Position numbers and translations under genes: made by a program. A stretch of DNA of 57,164 nucleotides, filler included, from Basidiobolus ranarum (Eukaryota): assembly GCA_040143965.1 (NCBI GenBank). It is 7 parts of 7 records of this genome, joined end to end, with 100 filler letters (N's around TTAATTAATTAA, not from the genome) between each part and the next. Parts side by side here need not be neighbours in the genome. Positions count along the whole stretch, not along the records: positions 49,118 to 57,164 come from JASJQH010007903.1; 6 more parts are not named here. One strand, written 5' to 3'. This document shows, one piece after another, positions 51,558-57,164 of the stretch (position 1 is the first letter of the stretch; each line of letters opens with the position of its first letter). Below the pieces are notes generated by a model that saw only the letters and a list, made by a program, of their open reading frames with translations, did not search any database and was not told the DNA's origin.

Positions 51558-52153
51558 TTAATTCGCCATAGTGCTGTAAGTATTAGTAGAACGCTAAAAT
51601 ATAGAAAATGTCAACGAACTTGAAGAAAAGGACGTTACTGAATGAAAAGTTAAACTCACCTGCCATCTAGCCCGATAAGGCTTTAGAAGTGCAGCCACCA
51701 AGAGTCCACCAGTTACGATTAAAAAGATGTAAATTACCACCTGATCTTTATATGAATCACGTTCTTTGATATAAACCGTATTTAGTGGTTGTAAAAGGGA
51801 TACTTTAAAAAAATAACTTACGGAAACATGTAGCTAGTAGACCGGAATCACCGGCACCACTACAAAAGTTGGCATCTCTAGTGAGGCAGAAAGCTTTTGT
51901 GCACTCTTGGCAAGGCTTATTGGGAGTTTCTTTAAGCTCCACAATAGTAACATTTGTGCCACATACACATTTACAGAAAGAAATGGGATTAGCAGCTTCA
52001 ACTATCTAAATTGTGGCCACGATTAGTTATACTACAACTTCTTAAGGAATAAACATATATTTAACAGTGTTCGAGACTAACTTGAGTACTTGATAATGCC
52101 AATACCAACAATACAACCAAGCAAATTATGTAGTAAGAATTTCGACTAGTCAT
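51558..52153 (-). CDS. Small Cys-rich membrane protein, 131 aa; exons 52153-52082, 52005-51822, 51763-51660, 51593-51558
   Basis: Three GT-AG introns give an open frame: signal peptide, FCKCVCGTNVTIVEL..CQECTKAFC..C..TCFQRDSYKDQ, then TM VVIYIFLIVTGGLLVAALL. Confidence 0.85.
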
Positions 52154-52429
52154 CTTCACAATGCAAGAGGTGAAGAAAAACATTAATACTATATATAATA
52201 TAGAGACTCCCTGTACTTCCTCACAAAATGCGCTCAATTGAAATCCGATATTTTTACAACTTCCATATTTTTGTGCAAGTAAGCAGTTACTTTGCTTTAA
52301 CCCATATTACGACAACCAAAATAATTAGAGTAATGATTTGAATGATTATGTTTCAAATGATTTTAATGTGTTTCAATAATAATTACATGTATATACCAAG
52401 TTTATTCAAAAATAATGTAATGATATAAT

Positions 52430-53265
52430 TTACTTGCGAGCCTTAAGCTTACGAATGTAGAAGTCAAGTTCTTGACCTTCCAAAATGTAGCCATCACAAC
52501 GACCAGATTGACCGGGACGGGATGAGATGATAGCATACAAACGACCAGTATTGAATTGCTCAGCCAAATGTTGATCGATCTTAGCTTCACCCTTACGAGC
52601 ATCAATCTTGCGTTGAACATGGTTGGAACGCTTGACTTCAGCCTCGGGTTCAGAAGCCTCAACGACCTTGGTCTTCTTGCGAACCAAAGATTGGGCATAA
52701 TGGCTTTCATACCATTGGCGGAAAGGAGTGGCATCGATTTGGATGACGGCACCCTTGACCAAAGTGTTGGTACGAACCAATTCGTTGTTGGAAGCGTTGT
52801 AGACGACAGCTACAATTCTGGTCTTCTTGGCAATAGATTCGGATCCCCAAGAGAAATTTCCAGAGTCGAGACGAAGAGCACGGAATTTGCGGTTACCACC
52901 ACGAACACGGACTTCGTGAATACGCTTAGCACCAAGTTTGGTGTTAGCGGATTGACGACCCAACTCGAACTTTCTCTTCTTACGGTAGTGGGCACGTTTG
53001 GCACCTGTGTGGGATCTCTTATGACGAGAGTCTCTGCTAATACCTAATGAAGTATGCAAAAATGATCACATCAATATTGGCATACTTGGGAGCAATAATT
53101 GCCAGCTCTATGAAGCAGAAGATATACGGATGTATATCTCTATGCCTCTAATATACAGCATTTTCAATCTTCTGGTTGGAACGAAGAAGATGAAACATGC
53201 GTGTATACGAGCAAGTAGTCTTTCGACTATATTATTTAATGCAGGGAAACACTATACTAACCCAT
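52430..53265 (-). CDS. RPS8: 40S ribosomal protein S8 (eS8); exon 1 53265-53262 (ATGG), exon 2 53043-52430
   Basis: [11 protein letters not shown]...[17 protein letters not shown]. 218-nt intron GTTAGT...TAG. Confidence 0.98.
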
Positions 53266-53747
53266 GGTTGATACTCCTGAACAGGAAAGATACGGAAAGG
53301 AGGAGAGAGTGAACTGTCTACAGTTCTATCACCGATTTATAGCTTGCTGTAAGGCCCTCAGCCAGTGAAAAATTTTCATACCCAGATCAGTTATTAGTGC
53401 GAGATATCCTGCCAATAACAGTGGATCAAAATTAAGTTCTATCTGAACAAATGATGGGAATTACTCTACTGTATTTTTTTCACATTTATTCAACGAGTAA
53501 AATTCACATACGTTGAAAACTTGAGTAGCATCAATGTGAAATATGAATATTGAATTGGAATCAAGATCGATGTTTCTAAAAAATGACAGTTTATTTTAAT
53601 ATTCCAAGGAGGCATCTAATGATGACAGTTACTGTACAATATCTTTTAAAAAAGAAATTCAAATTTCGCAGCAGTCACCAGTAATGATCTGTGCTGTACA
53701 TCTCCATATGGAGGCACTTGACATCCCATAACTTTATGGATTATGAA

Positions 53748-55687
<1,940 letters not shown>

Positions 55688-56126
55688 CTTTGACTATTAG
55701 TACTAATTTTTACCAAGTTGATAATAATTTGGTGAAGTGTAAATACTAAGAAAGTTTATGTATTGGATTTAGCTTGTAAAATTCCGCTTTGTTCAAGACT
55801 CATATAAGCAATGAATCTATGGAGAACTTGGATCTTGTGGGAAAAAAAAATTCTATCTTCCTCCAAATCCAAATATGATGGGATTTATTAACTAGTATTA
55901 GCACAGCATGATTAGTATTAGTATTAGCAAATGATGATTAGGATTAATATATTTATTGACAATAATTTTGATGGCTCAAAATCAACTCGAATGAACTGCA
56001 ACTATGTATATCAAGAAATGGCAGAAACACTGAAATGAGTAAACACTCCGATGAAGTATGGTGAAAATGAACAATGTCGAAGTCTTTCTCTTGATTAGAA
56101 TATTATTTTTACACATGACTTTCTCA

Positions 56127-57164
56127 TCATTTAATCCCCGACTCTGGTTGAATAGGACTAAGCTCAAGATAGTCATCATCTCCAAAGGACGATTTTCTAG
56201 ATGATCGTAAGCTGTCAGAGAAAGGCTGTAATCTATCAACGCTTGTACGCTCTTCTAATGCACTCAAGTGTACACCTTCCCCATATTTTTCCATCTCCCT
56301 GACAATGTCGATGTTTTCGAAGAACCATACTTGCTTAACGAATAATATGACATATCTTGGGAATATGGCGAGAAATATCGATACAAAATATGCGGCCCAA
56401 AAGCTTAAAGAGCCATAGATATATACTCCAGAACCATGTGATTCGGCGCTGTTCAATAATGAATAAATAAACGCATACAGATGCACTGCTATAATACTGC
56501 CAATGATCGAAGCAAACATGATCCAATTCCACGAGTAAGAATTGATACCAACTGTTAGTGTCGCAATGGATATGATGGAAACCGAGACGCTCGTAGAGAA
56601 ATCATACAGATCTCCATCAGTACCGGTAGAACTCATATCATTCAGGAACAGGAAGTAGAAGGTAAAGAAACATGCCAAGGATTGATATATGGCTTCGCCA
56701 ATATATATCCAGAAGCGACGCATTCCATAACGACTCTGCTCAATGCCGAGCATATAGAGACCGGGGAATCTTTGAGCATTTTGATAGGAAACCGCTTGAT
56801 CACAAGTTCCGATCACTACCACAGGCATCAAAGTGAAAACAAGGTTGTATAGTTGTACGTAGGTAAAGTCGAAGAAGGTGTTTGCAGAGAAGCCGCAGAA
56901 GAACTGATACCAGAGGATGACCAATACAAAAACTACGTTCTTATAGAAGAAGTTGAGGACCATTTCAGCGATACGCAAGTATGACCAGAGACCATGCACA
57001 AGTAAGAGGTTTTCCAAGTATTTGAATTGCGAAAAGTTATAATCGGCAGCCATGGCAGCTTGTAGACCTTCTTCTCCTGAGATTGCTACTCCAACGTCGG
57101 CGGCCTGGATCATGCTTACATCATTGGCTCCATCCCCAATAGCTAAACATACAGCCTTTCTACC
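56127..57164 (-). CDS. P4-type ATPase phospholipid flippase (Dnf1/Dnf2-like), 3' part only
   Basis: AIGDGANDVSMIQAADVGVAISGEEGLQAAMAADY and FFYKN, with C-terminal TM helices. Runs off the window. Confidence 0.95.
   Translation of the reverse strand, partial: GRKAVCLAIGDGANDVSMIQAADVGVAISGEEGLQAAMAADYNFSQFKYLENLLLVHGLWSYLRIAEMVLNFFYKNVVFVLVILWYQFFCGFSANTFFDFTYVQLYNLVFTLMPVVVIGTCDQAVSYQNAQRFPGLYMLGIEQSRYGMRRFWIYIGEAIYQSLACFFTFYFLFLNDMSSTGTDGDLYDFSTSVSVSIISIATLTVGINSYSWNWIMFASIIGSIIAVHLYAFIYSLLNSAESHGSGVYIYGSLSFWAAYFVSIFLAIFPRYVILFVKQVWFFENIDIVREMEKYGEGVHLSALEERTSVDRLQPFSDSLRSSRKSSFGDDDYLELSPIQPESGIK

Noticed and set aside
52556-53047. 163-aa plus-strand ORF
   Set aside because: Antisense shadow of the codon-biased RPS8 gene.
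49948-53265. SET methyltransferase beside RPS8 as an enzyme-substrate pair
   Set aside because: The adjacency is real but there is no evidence of a functional link, and fungal neighbours are usually unrelated.

Overview
Eukaryotic, intron-containing fungal DNA. The protein set and short GT-AG introns suggest an early-diverging, Basidiobolus-like fungus (inference). The window is not one locus. It is seven contigs of 8097, 8095, 8090, 8086, 8082, 8067 and 8047 bp, sorted by length and joined by 100-nt N/TTAATTAATTAA linkers, so adjacency across linkers means nothing. Intact genes: ammonium transporter (Glu-His type), an uncharacterised 192-aa protein, alpha-arrestin, secreted PA-domain subtilisin, M14 zinc carboxypeptidase, RPA43, LSMT-type SET methyltransferase, a 4-exon Cys-rich membrane protein missing from the ORF track, RPS8, an SRPK/Sky1 kinase and the 3' part of a P4-ATPase. 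Decayed sequence: many nested Ty1/copia relics (two main LTR families, one with a Ty5-type half-tRNA primer site), a chromodomain Ty3/gypsy relic, an En/Spm-like transposase relic, an unidentified two-copy repeat, a THO2 pseudogene and a frameshifted Cys-rich membrane gene. The transposon relics are nearly free of CpG. Best leads: LTR-into-LTR insertion at the same nucleotide on two contigs, a densely hairpinned RPS8 intron, and three ATCTGATAA motifs upstream of the subtilisin.
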